From contig OX597834.1 of NCBI GenBank assembly GCA_951406725.2, forward strand, positions 2,728,001-2,792,000: a DNA stretch of 64,000 nt, written 5' to 3'. Positions 1 to 12,989 of this stretch are shown piece after piece. The translations under genes and the position numbers were made by a program. Below the pieces are notes generated by a model. It saw only the letters and a list, made by a program, of their open reading frames with translations. It was not told the DNA's origin and searched no databases. Source of the DNA: Octopus vulgaris (lineage: Eukaryota). Every line of letters begins with the position of its first letter. Positions within the stretch are counted from its first letter, which is position 1.

Positions 1-107
1 TTGTTTTAATCCGGCCACGTTCTCACTTGATCGTAGTCATGTCCTAGTTAAGCTACTAGTTTACTGTGCAACTCACAAATCCCTCGCTAATATAATAATA
101 ATAATAA

Positions 108-169
<62 letters not shown>

Positions 170-289
170 ATAATATTAATAATAATAATAATAATAATAA
201 TAATGATAATAATAAATTACAAATTTAACTGAATCTGAGTTTCATTTTCTACAATATATAATATTAATCGTAATTAATTAGTAAAACGT

Positions 290-390
290 TGAAATTGTTG
301 CTACTTGAGGGACTCTGGCTGAGACTTGGAACAGCTCCTCGCATAAAGCAAATGTGAATAATAATAGTAATAATAATAATAATAATAATG
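290..390 (+). mobile_element. Probable 3' end of an R4/Dong-like LINE running into a (TAA)n tail
   Basis: cttgagggactctggctgagacttggaac...caaatgtg followed by aataataat. It resembles a Dong-type 3' UTR by recall only; no coding part remains. Confidence 0.35.
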
Positions 391-1114
391 AAGATGAGGA
401 TGATTTCTTTATTAGCCACAAGGGTGTGATGAGATAAAGGAAATACAGAACCTTCACTGGGGGAGTTACAAACAAAGAAAGACGAAAAGGAAGAAAGAAA
501 AAGTTGTGTAAAAAAAAAGCACGTTTATAGATATTAAGGGGAGGCAAGTGAGGTTACGGAATATATGGAAGGACGTACAAAGTAGTTTAAAAGTTTATAC
601 ATACACACACTCACACACACGTATACTTATAAACACACACGCACACGTATACTTTTACAAGAAGTGAGGTACCAGTGGCTTCTAAGTTCCAGCGTGTTAG
701 CCTTCGTCAGAGTCAGCCTTCTTTAAGTAAAAGAATATTCAATGTTTCCTTCTATTCAGTAATTGTTCCGTTTAATGTTAAGAATGTTAAATTGCTTTTC
801 CTACAACTTTGTCATAAACGCAAACATTAATGTTCTTTTTTCCGTTTTCATTCACCCATCATCTTCTCATTTCACTTTTCGCATCAACTTTCTTCTCGAT
901 CTTTTTGTTTTTTTCTTTTTCGTGGTTTCTCATGTACCAGAGTCCTGGTTTTCAAATGGAACAAACCAGGTGTTCGATGCCAGACGATTGCTTGGAGACA
1001 CGTGGCACGTTATGTAATTCTGCCAAATTATGTAATCTCCCTGACAAGAAATTATTAGTAGCTCTAATTTTAATATTGCGTGCATTAAATTATATTCATA
1101 CACACACACACACA

Positions 1115-1700
1115 TAGAAAAGCAGTCTGTCATGGACCAATAGCCGGATTACTACCCCACCCCACACTTTGAAGTGTATCTGTTTGCAATCCAAGAACAG
1201 GAAATATCAACCAAGTACCTGGTGCACAAAGGGATCAATATGCAGGAAAAGCAGTGAAATGTGACGACCGATGCAGATTCTGTGGAGTTGACAATGAAGA
1301 TATCACCAACATCATAAGCAGTTGTCCGAAAATGTCATCACAGTAATATCTACCGATGTAGCTCGGACACTCTATATTGAAATCTATCAGAAGGATAACC
1401 TCGAGGACAAAGAAATAAGAACCCACAGTATGGTAGAAGCCATAGCTACTCATAATAAAAAGAAGTACTGGTGGAATGTACCAGTGAAGATCTCAATAAG
1501 ATGAAAGCACAACAGACCTGATATAATGATTTGGTATAGAGAAGAGTAACTGTGTACAGATTTGGAAATTAGCTGCCCATAAGATGTTAACATAAAGCTG
1601 AGATCAGTGAAAAAGAGAATATCTACGCTGAACGATTGAGAAATCTGTAGTTATGTATCCAGGTTACAAGTTCGGGTTTATATCAGTAATTATTGCTTTC
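1115..1700 (+). mobile_element. Degenerate R4/Dong-clade non-LTR retrotransposon C-terminus (CCHC finger plus restriction-like endonuclease)
   Basis: Across frameshifts and stops: LFAIQEQEISTKYL, CRFCGVDNEDITNIISSCPKMS, YWWNVPVKISIR*KHNRPDIMIW. Confidence 0.8.
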
Positions 1701-1779
1701 AGCTGACCAGAAAGACACCAGGGTTTCAGTTGCAGAAGATCATTTTGATTGTGTCTAGAATAATGAAAACTTTTTAAAA

Positions 1780-2057
1780 ACTTTGCATAGGCCTCTGAGC
1801 AGGTCTCCCCATGCTTTTGGCAAAGGTTGATGCAGATCCCCTTCTCAACTTTCTCCGTCATGGTCAATGTGACAATAAACATGCCACACATGTTCCTTCC
1901 AAGCATTGCAGTAAACAGCAGAAGTGATCTAGAACATTAACACTTAGTGCACATGCACAGCAGAGTCCAAGGAGAGTCTGTGCCCAGCAGCTTTACTCTG
2001 CGTGCTTTAGCTTCGTTACTATGGCAACAGTCCGGATACTTATTGATCAAACCACTT
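1780..2057 (-). mobile_element. Mariner 5' end: TIR plus N-terminal transposase remnant
   Basis: Minus strand begins gtggtttgatcaataagtatccggactgttgcc (same family as the left end of 8933-9386) and encodes MTEKVEKGICINLCQKHGETCSEAYAK, like the mariner N-terminal motif EQRICIKFCxKLG. Confidence 0.7.
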
Positions 2058-2926
2058 TTATATATATATGTTGTTACGCTGCACGCGGCCTCCCGAAACC
2101 ACCTACAACACGACATTCTGTGTCCGATAGCTCAGAAAACCGCGTAGGCGAGCTCAGCGAACCAACTTGCCTCGAGAAGAAGAATCAGTATTCAAAGACG
2201 TCAGAGGAGTTGAAAGTAACAAACAAAACCGTTGAGTAGAACCAAAATACAAGAACTTAATTAAGAAGCCAATAACATCTATGGAAATAAATAAACAGTT
2301 CTTTAGAGAGTTCTTTCAGTTACCTCTGAAATGTGTAGACTTCTTTTGCTGACCGCTGCTTTTATTTACCAATCTAATGATTTATTTTCTATCTCTTTTT
2401 AATCTCTTTTTTTCCTCACTGGACTTTTTGTTAGTTCCGAATTCACGGTATCATTCCACCTTCTTTACGTAGCCGAGTTCACTATTTTCGCTGCCAGTCC
2501 AAAACCTTCCACCATTCACATTAACCGCCGAAACCAGCTTCACACTTGAAATCAAATACTGCTTTAACTGTTCCATACGAATTTTGCCCGGCACCGCCTC
2601 ACACATCGACCGCATGGCACTCAACCATTGACCGTATAGCACCGGCTCCTACATGAAAAACCGCTCACGTCGACCTTCATCACGTCGCCCGTTGCACATC
2701 CTCTTCCACCATGAACTGACTCGCTCCGTGGGAAACAGTAGTCTTTATACTTCGCCCACACTGTAAAAGCACCTAAAACCATACCGCTTAAGCTTTAAAC
2801 AGTTACGTGACCACAAAGAATGATCTTTTTCCTTCTTCGCTTGCAAAACCAGAGTAATGTTGTACAAATGAGAAACTATCTGAATAAATTTCTTTTCGCT
2901 CGTAAATATATATATATATATATATA

Positions 2927-3075
2927 TTCGCTACCTTCAAGATTAATCAGCCGAAATTGCGAAGATGATCCGGTTCTTGACTGAAGATTGAAGGCTTCGA
3001 ATGTCCCGTCCGTGTTTTTTGTATCGTCTTCTAAATGTTTCACGTTCTTGTCCCAGTTTGTATTTGTTTTACATT
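2927..3075 (+). mobile_element. Short Penelope-like terminal element inserted in (TA)n, with a degenerate hammerhead-like core
   Basis: Flanked by (TA)n on both sides; contains gaCTGAAGAttgaaggcttcGAAtgtcccgtc. Confidence 0.4.
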
Positions 3076-3122
3076 TACATATATATATATATATATATAC
3101 ATATACATACATACATACACAC

Positions 3123-3153
<31 letters not shown>

Positions 3154-3254
3154 CATACACACATACATACATACCTACATACATACATACATACATACAT
3201 ACATACATACACTCACATATTTCATGAAAACAAATTAAAGTCCATCATACTGAC

Positions 3255-3487
3255 CTGTACAAGGTTCCGTATAATCGGGTTTTCTTTCGCTACCTTCAAG
3301 GTAGCACTGGAATTTTTCCTGCCAGAATTCCTGGAACCACGGGTTTCGGCTATTATTGTAAGGCTTCAGGTTGAGAAAATGGTGGTCAAAATAGCTAATT
3401 GACGGTGAATATAGTTTTATAGATATTCCCCCGGCGGCTTCTTCCGTGTTCTTCTTCACTACATCCGGTCTTGTTGCCCAGCCGTCA
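3255..3487 (-). CDS. GRM1/5: Group I metabotropic glutamate receptor, next coding exon (233 nt)
   Basis: Translates (S)DGWATRPDVVKKNTEEAAGGISIKLYSPSISYFDHHFLNLKPYNNSRNPWFQEFWQEKFQCYLEGSERKPDYTEPCT(G), containing the mGluR motif RNPWFxEFW. Acceptor ttattaaaaag|T completes the AG+T Ser codon from the upstream exon; donor ACAG|gtcagt; branch-like GCTAAC at 3530-3525. Confidence 0.96.
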
Positions 3488-3531
3488 CTTTTTAATAAAA
3501 GAGAACATAGCAAGTGAGGTACAGGTTAGCG

Positions 3532-4142
<611 letters not shown>

Positions 4143-4589
4143 TGTATATACGTACATACACAGAGAGATGAATATATACACACACACTGACGCATACACA
4201 TACATAAAAACATACATACAAAATTATATACACATACGTATATACATACACATATGAATATACATACACAAACACACTGAGACATACACATACATACAAG
4301 CATACATACATACACACACATAAAATCGATAAGAATTAAAATTCTAATATTTGTTTTATCAATTCCGAAAGGAACAAGATGTAAAGTCAACTCTGGACAT
4401 TTTCTGCAGCACTATACTAGTTCTTTAAACTCCAAACCTTTATTTACTTAATTACCCCCTCGATGAGCAAATTTATAGCTACCCGGCCAGCAAGTTAAGG
4501 ACTATGCTTTTGCAGATTCGCTGATGAAGCATAATAAGACACGAACGTTCACAGTCGTCTCCCTTGTTTGCTCTGCCAATAATAAATTC

Positions 4590-4840
4590 CTGTTCTGCGG
4601 ACATGTGATTAGAGTTTTACAGGGAAAAAATCGACTGGCAGGAGACCTAGAGCAAACCACAAACGAAAGGGTCGGATAATATCCATGATCTCAGATGGTC
4701 ACGTTTGGGGATCCAGCCGGAAAGTCTAATGAACAGGTGATCGCGAAAAGAAGTCAGAAAAACGATCCCTTCTTTAATGACGGTTGCTTCTGATAAGACC
4801 CCATCGAGGAGATATTTGTGAACTCTACCCTTCCCTCCGA
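4590..4840 (+). mobile_element. RTE-like LINE 3' fragment
   Basis: Remnant peptide KKSTGRRPRA...SDNIHDLRWSRLGIQPESLM...TVASDK, resembling the RTE C-terminal GRPR..W.D motif. Confidence 0.5.
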
Positions 4841-4915
4841 TTAATGGTCGGAAAAAGATTTCTACATTTTATGTTACTGTCCGTATAAGCATCTATCTTA
4901 TCTTTAATTCTAATC

Positions 4916-5151
4916 CAGTTCTTCTCAGCCGGGGTCCACATAGGATTTTGTTATTAAACTTTATGTGCAATAGAAAGGTTATGCTTCTACAATACATAAA
5001 TATTTAAAAATATGTTTTTATACAATTCCGCTTGATATTTAATTACAAAAAAATATTAGGATGCTTTAACCATCGAATGACTTTGAGGGTCCAGTAGAGC
5101 AAAATAGGAATCAAAGGAGTCCCTAAGTGAAAAAGGGGTTGAGAACCCCTC
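4916..5151. mobile_element. hAT (Charlie-type) MITE
   Basis: Ends CAGTTCTTCTCAGCC and GGTTGAGAACCCCTC are degenerate CAGGGGTTCTCAACC TIRs; 8-bp flanks ttctaatc and gtctaatc match 7/8 (TSD). Confidence 0.75.
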
Positions 5152-5175
5152 GTCTAATCGGGGCTATCTTTTAGC

Positions 5176-5560
5176 TTTTAGTTAGTTAGTTAGTTAGTTA
5201 ATTTGGCTCAAAAGCAAATAGCAAGGCCATGTAGGGGGACATGGAGTTAAGTACAGGGTGGTGTTCATGTAAAGAGTTCAGGCCACTTGAGGTCAAGGGA
5301 GGCTTTGAACAAAGCGGTCGTCGGCATCTTCACCATCTCGTCTGGCAGCTTGTTCCACGGATCCGCAACCCGGACGGAGAAAGCTCCTCTCCTTCGATTG
5401 AGATGGAGAGGAGCTTTCTCTCGAGAGAGGTTACACTTTCCGCTTATGATGTTGTGGGCGAGAATGAGATCACCACGGCGGCGGCGTTTTTCAAGAGAAT
5501 AAAGGTCGAGCGTCCTCAGCCTTTCTTCGTAGGACAAATTTTTGAGACCATGAACCATTT
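5176..5560 (-). mobile_element. 5'-truncated CR1-clade LINE: RT C-terminus, 3' UTR hairpin and (TAAC)n tail
   Basis: LKNLSYEERLRTLDLYSLEKRRRRGDLILAHNII...AFSVRVADPWNKLPDEMV...FKASLD is the CR1 ORF2 C-terminal signature. 3' UTR hairpin CCATGT-ccccct-ACATGG; terminal repeat aactaactaact. Confidence 0.9.
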
Positions 5561-5987
5561 CACTTGTTTCGGTCATTTGACTGCGACCATGCTGGAGCAT
5601 CGTATTGAAACGTATTGAGTCGAATGAATCGCCCCTAGTACTTTTTCTATCGTCCCTTTTGCCGAACCGCTAAGTTATGGGGAAGTAATCACACCAACAC
5701 CGGTTGACAAAAGGTAGTGGAGGACAAACACAGATAGAAATACACGCATACATACATATACACACACAGACACATATACACACACAAATATACATACAGA
5801 TATATGTATACGACGGGCTTCTTTCAGTTTCCGTCCACCAAATCCACTGACAAGGCTTTTGTCTGTAAAAGGCTATAGTAGAAGTAACACTCGCCCAAGT
5901 TGTCACGCAGTGGGACTGAATCCGGAACCATGTGTGGGGGTGGGGTGGGGGGCAGACTTCTTACCGCACACGGTCACGCTGGAGCCA
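5561..5987 (-). mobile_element. tRNA-derived SINE family A (CORE-like, with internal microsatellite)
   Basis: Matches the full copy at 35127-35581: tcagtcccactgcgtg, ttgggcgagtg, gaaactgaaagaagcccgtcgtata, ending ccagcatggtcgcagtcaaatgaccgaaacaag. Confidence 0.85.
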
Positions 5988-6016
5988 TCACACACACACG
6001 CAAAAAAAAAGCTTAC

Positions 6017-6263
6017 CTTCCTATGAGCAGGAATTTTCCAACGACGTCTTGTCGTCTGGTAGCCATGAAGAAATTCTTCACCGTCATTCCTTCACAGAAA
6101 CACACCACCACTTTGGCGCGACTCGTCTCCATCAAACTCTTCACTAAGTTGTCGAACTTCATGTCATTCGCATTACTCTGGATGCCCTCACTCGTTGCGA
6201 TACACACGTTGTGGGTCTTGGCCAATCGCTTGAATGTGTCCATACCACTTGAGCCGTAGCTAC
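6017..6263 (-). CDS. GRM1/5: Group I metabotropic glutamate receptor, internal coding exon (Venus flytrap domain, 247 nt)
   Basis: Translates (G)SYGSSGMDTFKRLAKTHNVCIATSEGIQSNANDMKFDNLVKSLMETSRAKVVVCFCEGMTVKNFFMATRRQDVVGKFLLIG(S). VVVCFCEGMTV and FLLIGSDGW are group I mGluR hallmarks. Acceptor tttttaacccaag| (AG at 6265-6264), donor AG|gtaagc (GT at 6016-6015); phase 1 in, phase 2 out. Confidence 0.96.
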
Positions 6264-6486
6264 CTTGGGTTAAAAAGCAAACAAAAAGTAAATGTTGTTA
6301 TATCAAGTTTAGCTATTGCGTCATACACGTGGACGAACGGATCGCAGTGGGGTGGTTGCAGGTTCAATTCCACTGTGCAGTATAAAGGGTAAGTAACATT
6401 AGACAGACCAATATCTTTTCGGGGAAATTTAATGAGTAGAAATTGTACTGGATCTCATCATACATAATTATTTATAAGGACACATA

Positions 6487-6534
<48 letters not shown>

Positions 6535-6539
<5 letters not shown>

Positions 6540-6650
6540 GAAGGAAAGAAAGGTGAGTTTACGTTTCGAGCAATGCTCTTCTTCAGAAACAGGAGACAGA
6601 GAAAATATTGCCAACAATTCACATGTGGTTACATTTTGAAATGACCAATA
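6535..6650 (-). mobile_element. Penelope-like terminal element with a minimal hammerhead motif (6557-6590), next to (TA)n
   Basis: Minus strand reads gttt CTGAAGA a GAGC att GCTC GAAA CG TA aac. Related copies at ~18410-18445 and ~33955-33990. Confidence 0.65.
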
Positions 6651-6733
6651 TACATACATACATACATACATACATACAAATACATATGTACATACATACA
6701 TACATACAAATACATACATATATACATACATAC

Positions 6734-6783
<50 letters not shown>

Positions 6784-6863
6784 GTTTATCAGTTCGTTTA
6801 GCAATACGGTATTGAGCACTCATTTTCATCGTTCGACATCTGCGTATATAGAGATACATATAA

Positions 6864-6956
<93 letters not shown>

Positions 6957-8004
6957 AATATATATATTATATATAATGTATATATACATTTTACAGATAT
7001 TTACATTTTGTGTGTGTGATCCTTGCTTTAAGCAGAGACAGGGAATTAAATCTCCGGCGCTAAACAACAACGATATAGAAAAATGAGATAAAAAGGATTT
7101 AAGCAGTTTTTCATCTTTCATTTCCTCAGGAAAATTCGGAAATATTCTTATCTGTATGTGAAGAAACGACGCCTTCATTACTTCAAACTAGTATTCCTTT
7201 TATCATGATCATCATGATCATTATTATTATTATTATTTGCAAATATATAAACATACATATATACGTGCACACATTTACTCCATATATATGTATGAGCGAA
7301 TCTCTTTCCTCCTCTCTCTCTCTCTGTCTCTGTCTCTCAATCTATCTATCTACCTATATAAATATATATTGATATTTAGCAGAAGCAATTATCAAACAAC
7401 ACCGTATATATGTATATTACCATACTTATAAATACATATATATGCAAATATATATATTACCATACCTATACATTTATACACACACACACACGCACACTCA
7501 AATATAACTTGTACAAATTCTAAGGAGAAGTAGAACATGTATATCAAAGAATAATATGCTCTCATACAAGACACTTTCAAATCAAGAAGATATACATCGC
7601 CATTCAATTGGTTTCTTATCAAAAGCAATTTGTAATCTGCTGAACAATAAATTTATTAAATTTAAACTAAATTTTTCATGGGTGAAGACGAAGTCAAACT
7701 ACAAATAAAAGCGTCCAGTGGTGAAACGTCTGTCTGTCTGCAGACGTGTGTTCGTGTCCCACTGGCGACCCACGATGTTTTCTGTGAAAAGAGATTTTTA
7801 ACCCAATGCTTATATGCTGTTATTCATGACAATGTATGGAAATCATAAGTTTTCGATTTAATCTTGCGTAGAAGCAGCTATGAAACAGTTCTGCGTTTAT
7901 ACACGACTCTGTACATATTGTAATGGATTAAGTAATCTTTATCTTCCCAAACAAAATTTCTGTGCTTTTTCCACCTTACAGCTTTTTTGGATTTACTATT
8001 TATA

Positions 8005-8603
8005 TATTGGGTCATCCCATAAGTAATGTGGTTTTTTTCAATTGCATGAACTAAAACTCGGAGGGGCACGGGATAAATTACCTGCATCAACTTGATATAA
8101 AAGCAGGTAGTAATTTTAGTTTGTCCTTATTTTTAGTGCAAGTTTTGAAGAGCGCAGATCGATTTTAACAGTTATTTTTTCTTCAAAACTATAATGGAAG
8201 GGACAAAGGAGCATATTCAGCACATTTTGCTGTTTGAGTTCAATAAAGACAAAAACGCAACGGAAAGTGCGAAGAATCTTTGGTTTCAACACGAAAGATG
8301 TTCTTCCATCAAGATAATACTCGGCCACATACAGTGAGGTTGACATTCTAAAGACTGGAGCAGTTTGAATAGGAAACGATGCCCCACTCACCATATTCGC
8401 CAGACATTGCCCCATCTGATTATCATTATTTTGCAGTCTCCAAAATTATTTGAACGGAAAAAATATGAATTCTGTAAACGAGGTCAGAGCAGTACTGGAG
8501 GTGTATTTTTAGTCACGGACAAGTAAATTTTGGAAGAGGGGCCTTGCAAGTCTACCAAATAGATGAGAGGGCATTGCAGAAAACGAAGGAAACTGACCCA
8601 ATA
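8005..8603 (+). mobile_element. Internally deleted mariner (DD34D) transposon
   Basis: Ends TATTGGGTCA and TGACCCAATA; remnants MEGTKEHIQHILLFEFNK and FHQDNTRPH...PHSPYSPDIAPSDYH. Confidence 0.9.
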
Positions 8604-8616
8604 TGTGTGTGTGTGT

Positions 8617-8920
8617 GGAGGCACAAGGCCTAGTGATTAGAGCAGTGGACTTTCGGTCGAGAGATCGCGGGTTCGAATCTCAGACTAAGTGATGTGTGTG
8701 TTTATGAGCGAAATACCTAAGCTCCACGCGGATCCAGCAGAAGGTATTGGCAAACATCTGCTGACTCTTTCGTTACAACTTTCTCTCTTTCTTTCCTCCT
8801 GTATCTAGCAGCTCACCTGCGACGGACCGGCGTCCCGTCCAGGTAGGGAACCTATACGCCAATGAAACCGGGAAACCGGCTCTTATGAACCAGGCATGGC
8901 TCGAAAAGGAACAAACAACA
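8617..8920 (+). mobile_element. tRNA-derived SINE family C, with a V-SINE-like central motif and (AAC)-rich tail
   Basis: Head ggaggcacaaggcctagtgattagagcagtggac...gggttcgaatctc (A- and B-box-like); ctgcgacggaccggcgtcccgtccagg resembles the V-domain; tail aaggaacaaacaaca. Confidence 0.75.
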
Positions 8921-8932
8921 CGCGCATGCACA

Positions 8933-9386
8933 TACGGGGTCTGATCGAAAAGTATCAGCACTGTTGCTACGGTAACGGAGCTAAAGTACGCAGAGTGAAG
9001 CTACTTGGCACACCAAGTCTATCGCGCATGCTCACCAAGATATAACGTTCTCGCCCACTTCCGTTGTTTATAGCAGTGTTTGGATGTAAAGCGTGGAGAG
9101 TATAGTCGTCTCACCACACCACAGAGGTTCTATTAGTGACCGTGGCAGATAAAGAATGTGTGCGTGCGAGGAAAGAGACACGGTTTGAAGATTATTACGA
9201 CCAAGAATCTTCCCAAAGATCAAATCCCACCAAAGAAGGCCTCCATCAATGGAAACGACGCTGGGTAACGTGTGTGGAACCAGAAGTGGATTACCTCGAA
9301 AGAGATTAAATGCCGAATTGATGTACGTTGAGGTTTTCTCTTTTTTTATATCACCAGTTCTGATATATCTTTGATCAAACCTCGTA
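8933..9386 (+). mobile_element. Mariner-derived non-autonomous element (MITE-like)
   Basis: TIRs TACGGGGTCTGATCGAAAAGTATCAGCACT and (reverse complement) TACGAGGTTTGATCAAAGATATATCAGAACT; C-terminal remnant KEGLHQWKRRWVTCVEPEVDYLERD*. Confidence 0.8.
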
Positions 9387-9431
9387 GATGTATATTTGTG
9401 TTGTGTACGTGTGTACCGAATGTTCTACGCA

Positions 9432-9469
<38 letters not shown>

Positions 9470-9908
9470 AGCTCGTGCGACAGATAATTTATCGACCAGT
9501 GATATATCTAATTTATCTAATGTATCATACACAAACGATATCTCCCGGGTGATATTTGTTCTGACCTGGCTTTCCGGTCAACCCCCACCCCATTCTTGCC
9601 CCCCCCTCACTTCACCCCCCCCCCACTTCCCCTCACGTCTTTTTTTTAAAAAATGGTGGCCAGGCGATCATTCAACGTTAATTTCGATTGTATGAAGTAG
9701 ACCTATCTAAACTCGTATCGCTTTCCACTTCGCCTCAGACCGACCGACCGACCGACCGACCGGCCACGTTACACAGATTGATAAACTTCTTATCGCCATT
9801 GAATAAAATATTTAGATTAAAAACAAGAACGAAACAATAAAGACAACATCATCATCATCATCATCAATAACAACAACAGCTATAATAATAATAATAATAA
9901 TAATAATG

Positions 9909-9944
<36 letters not shown>

Positions 9945-10942
9945 GCGACAGAAACAACAACAAAAAAATTGTGAAAACGAATCTCTTGTAAGTCTTTTGA
10001 TAATGAAAGAAATGGAGAAACAAAAGGAGAAAGTCAAACGTTGTTTGGACAAAACAAAAATGGCCGTCGTTGTTGTTGTTGTTGTTGTTGCTCTTCTTTT
10101 CTTAGTCTTCATTCTTCTTCTTCTTCTTCTTCATTTTCTCCTCCTCCTCCTTCTTCATCTTCTTCTTCTTCTTTTCTTCATCCTTTCTCCTCCTCCTCCT
10201 TCTTCTTCTTTTTCTCCTCCTCCTCCTTCTCCTCCTCCTCCTCCTTCTTCTTCTCCTCCTCCTCCTCCTCCTTCTCTTTCTCCTCCTTCTTCATCTTCTT
10301 CTCTTCGTCCTCCTCTTTCCCCCTCCTCCTTCTTCTTTTTCTCCTACTTCTTCATCTCCTCCTCCCCGTCCTCCTCCAGTAAGCCACAAACTCTGTCAGC
10401 AACACACAACTCTGTTTCCATGACCGAATAAGAAACTACATCTCTGCTCACTAGAAGTAACAGCCAAATATCCCTTATACCCCCCCCCCCCCGCGCGCAC
10501 TTACACACAAACACATTTTACAACCTCAAACACAACACGAGCAATATAATCCTCCGTATAGTCACGACTGGAACGTTTTCAATCGCAGGTCAGGTCGACC
10601 AGAATTCTCTAAGGGACCAAGAAGCAAAACACTGGCTGAGGAGCAGCGGTTTTTGAGGGGAGGGGAAGCCAATTACATCGACACTAGTATTTGACTGGTA
10701 CTTATTTTATTGACTCCGAAAGAATGAAAGACAAAGTCGACCTCGGCTGGATTTGAAACCAGCAGAAAGAATGATTGATTGATAAAGTTCTATTTAAGTT
10801 GAATAAAATATTTGTTCAAAAAAATATGAAATCGAAAAATGAAAAATGAAAAGCGGAACAGTTGTAAGTCGTTGATAAAGGAACCGGATGGAGTAACGAA
10901 GAACACAAATAATTATTGTTGTTGTCGTTGTTGTTGTTGTTT

Positions 10943-10998
<56 letters not shown>

Positions 10999-11443
10999 GA
11001 TGATGTGTTTCTTCCAGCGCTTTGTTTTTTTGTTTTTGTTTTCTTCCAACCATAAACCACAGAATTTGTCAGAAAGAAAGAATCTGTGTGACGCCATCTT
11101 CAGAAGAACAAGGAGAGAGAAAAAAAAATATAAAAAGAAAAAAACAGAGCCTCGGTCTATGGAATTGGTAAGATCTGATATATTAAGATAAGTAAGATCA
11201 AATGTTAGCTGAAATCTTTATGTGACTGAAGTGAAGAATTCTCCAAGAGAGAGGAGGGTGTGGTGAGATAAAAGGGGCCAACCACCCCGAAACATAAACT
11301 TTTATGTATATACATAAATACGTTCATACATATATTCATAAATAGCACACATATACGAAAATATATGTATGTGTATACATATATATATTTATATATATGT
11401 ATATATGTATATATATACACATAAACACAATCTCACACTCATG

Positions 11444-11516
<73 letters not shown>

Positions 11517-11891
11517 TATATATATATGTATATATATATATGCTTGTATTTACGTTATATATGTGTATATATTCATATGGGTGTATATGTATACATATAT
11601 CATCATCTATCTATATATGCGTATGTATACACGCACACGCACACACATACACACATATATATATATGCAGTATATACGCAGTTATATACGATATATATAC
11701 ACACAGGTGTACAGAAGAGAGAAAGGTGGAAACGAGCAACTGAAGAGATGTCGTGGAGGTGACTTGACTCCGTTTTGACATAATAAAACTTTCCATTCAG
11801 AAACTTAACTCTTTCAGCGACCAACCGATCAGACAAGATTTATGCGTCTGTGAAATTTTTAATAACGTCAATGTCCGTTAAAGCAGTTAAT

Positions 11892-11924
<33 letters not shown>

Positions 11925-11992
11925 CACACAGGCCGTTATGCTTGATCAGATCAACTGGAACACATACCGTCGTAACTCACTGAGTACCAGTG

Positions 11993-12036
<44 letters not shown>

Positions 12037-12117
12037 CAGACAGACAGACAGACAAACAGACGATAAAGAGAGAGAGAGTTAGATAGAGAGATACAGAAGA
12101 TAGATAGATAGATATAT

Positions 12118-12160
<43 letters not shown>

Positions 12161-12181
12161 GTAGATAGATAGATAGATAGC

Positions 12182-12277
<96 letters not shown>

Positions 12278-12657
12278 CAGATCTAGTTCTGCGTGTAATC
12301 AACGCTGTGCATTTAGGTGTTTTCCAACATATATATATATATAATTTTAATAGCTCCGACTAAGCTATAAGATGTGACACGTGCACTCATATCAGACTGT
12401 AATACTTCTTATAGCAGAAACAGCTGTAACTATAAGCTAATGAAAGGGGTTACGTGACCCCGTCATTTTGTCACTAAGTTGATATTACGTGATCTGTTCT
12501 CAGCTGGTACTTTACTGATGTATGTGTAAATGTATGTGTGTGTGTGTATGTGTGTGTGTGTGTGTATTGTGTAGCTCCTGCACACACAGACGCACACGGG
12601 CTGATAAAAAAAATTTGTGAGTGGATTTGACATATGGAAACTGAAAGATGCTTGTCG

Positions 12658-12732
<75 letters not shown>

Positions 12733-12989
12733 ATATATAGCGTACTGTTCCATGATGGTAAGATCAAAAAAGTATTCCATCTAGTGAAATATTATTCAAT
12801 AAACACAATATGTTTTTATGTGCTACTATTAGTTTCATGCACTGAGAATATGCCAATCATCATTTTATAACACATCTGGTGTCTCTGCACAATCATCGGA
12901 TACTGCCCACATGGCATTACGATCTGGGTGAGCAGTGTCCAACCGATCATGGAAGATCAGGATGAAGCTCTCTGAACAAATAAAGCAAA

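Noticed and set aside
2069-2277. Possible solo LTR (TGTTG...TAACA)
   Set aside because: No convincing TSD, second copy or internal domain in the window.
8617-8690. tRNA-like sequences (also 43640-43709, 17300-17373, 35127-35200)
   Set aside because: They are SINE heads with A/B boxes that continue into SINE bodies; no complete cloverleaf.
9997-10431. 144-aa ORF with a hydrophobic stretch and Pro/Ser-rich tail resembling a membrane protein
   Set aside because: It is built from (GTT)n, (CTT)n and (CCT)n microsatellites.
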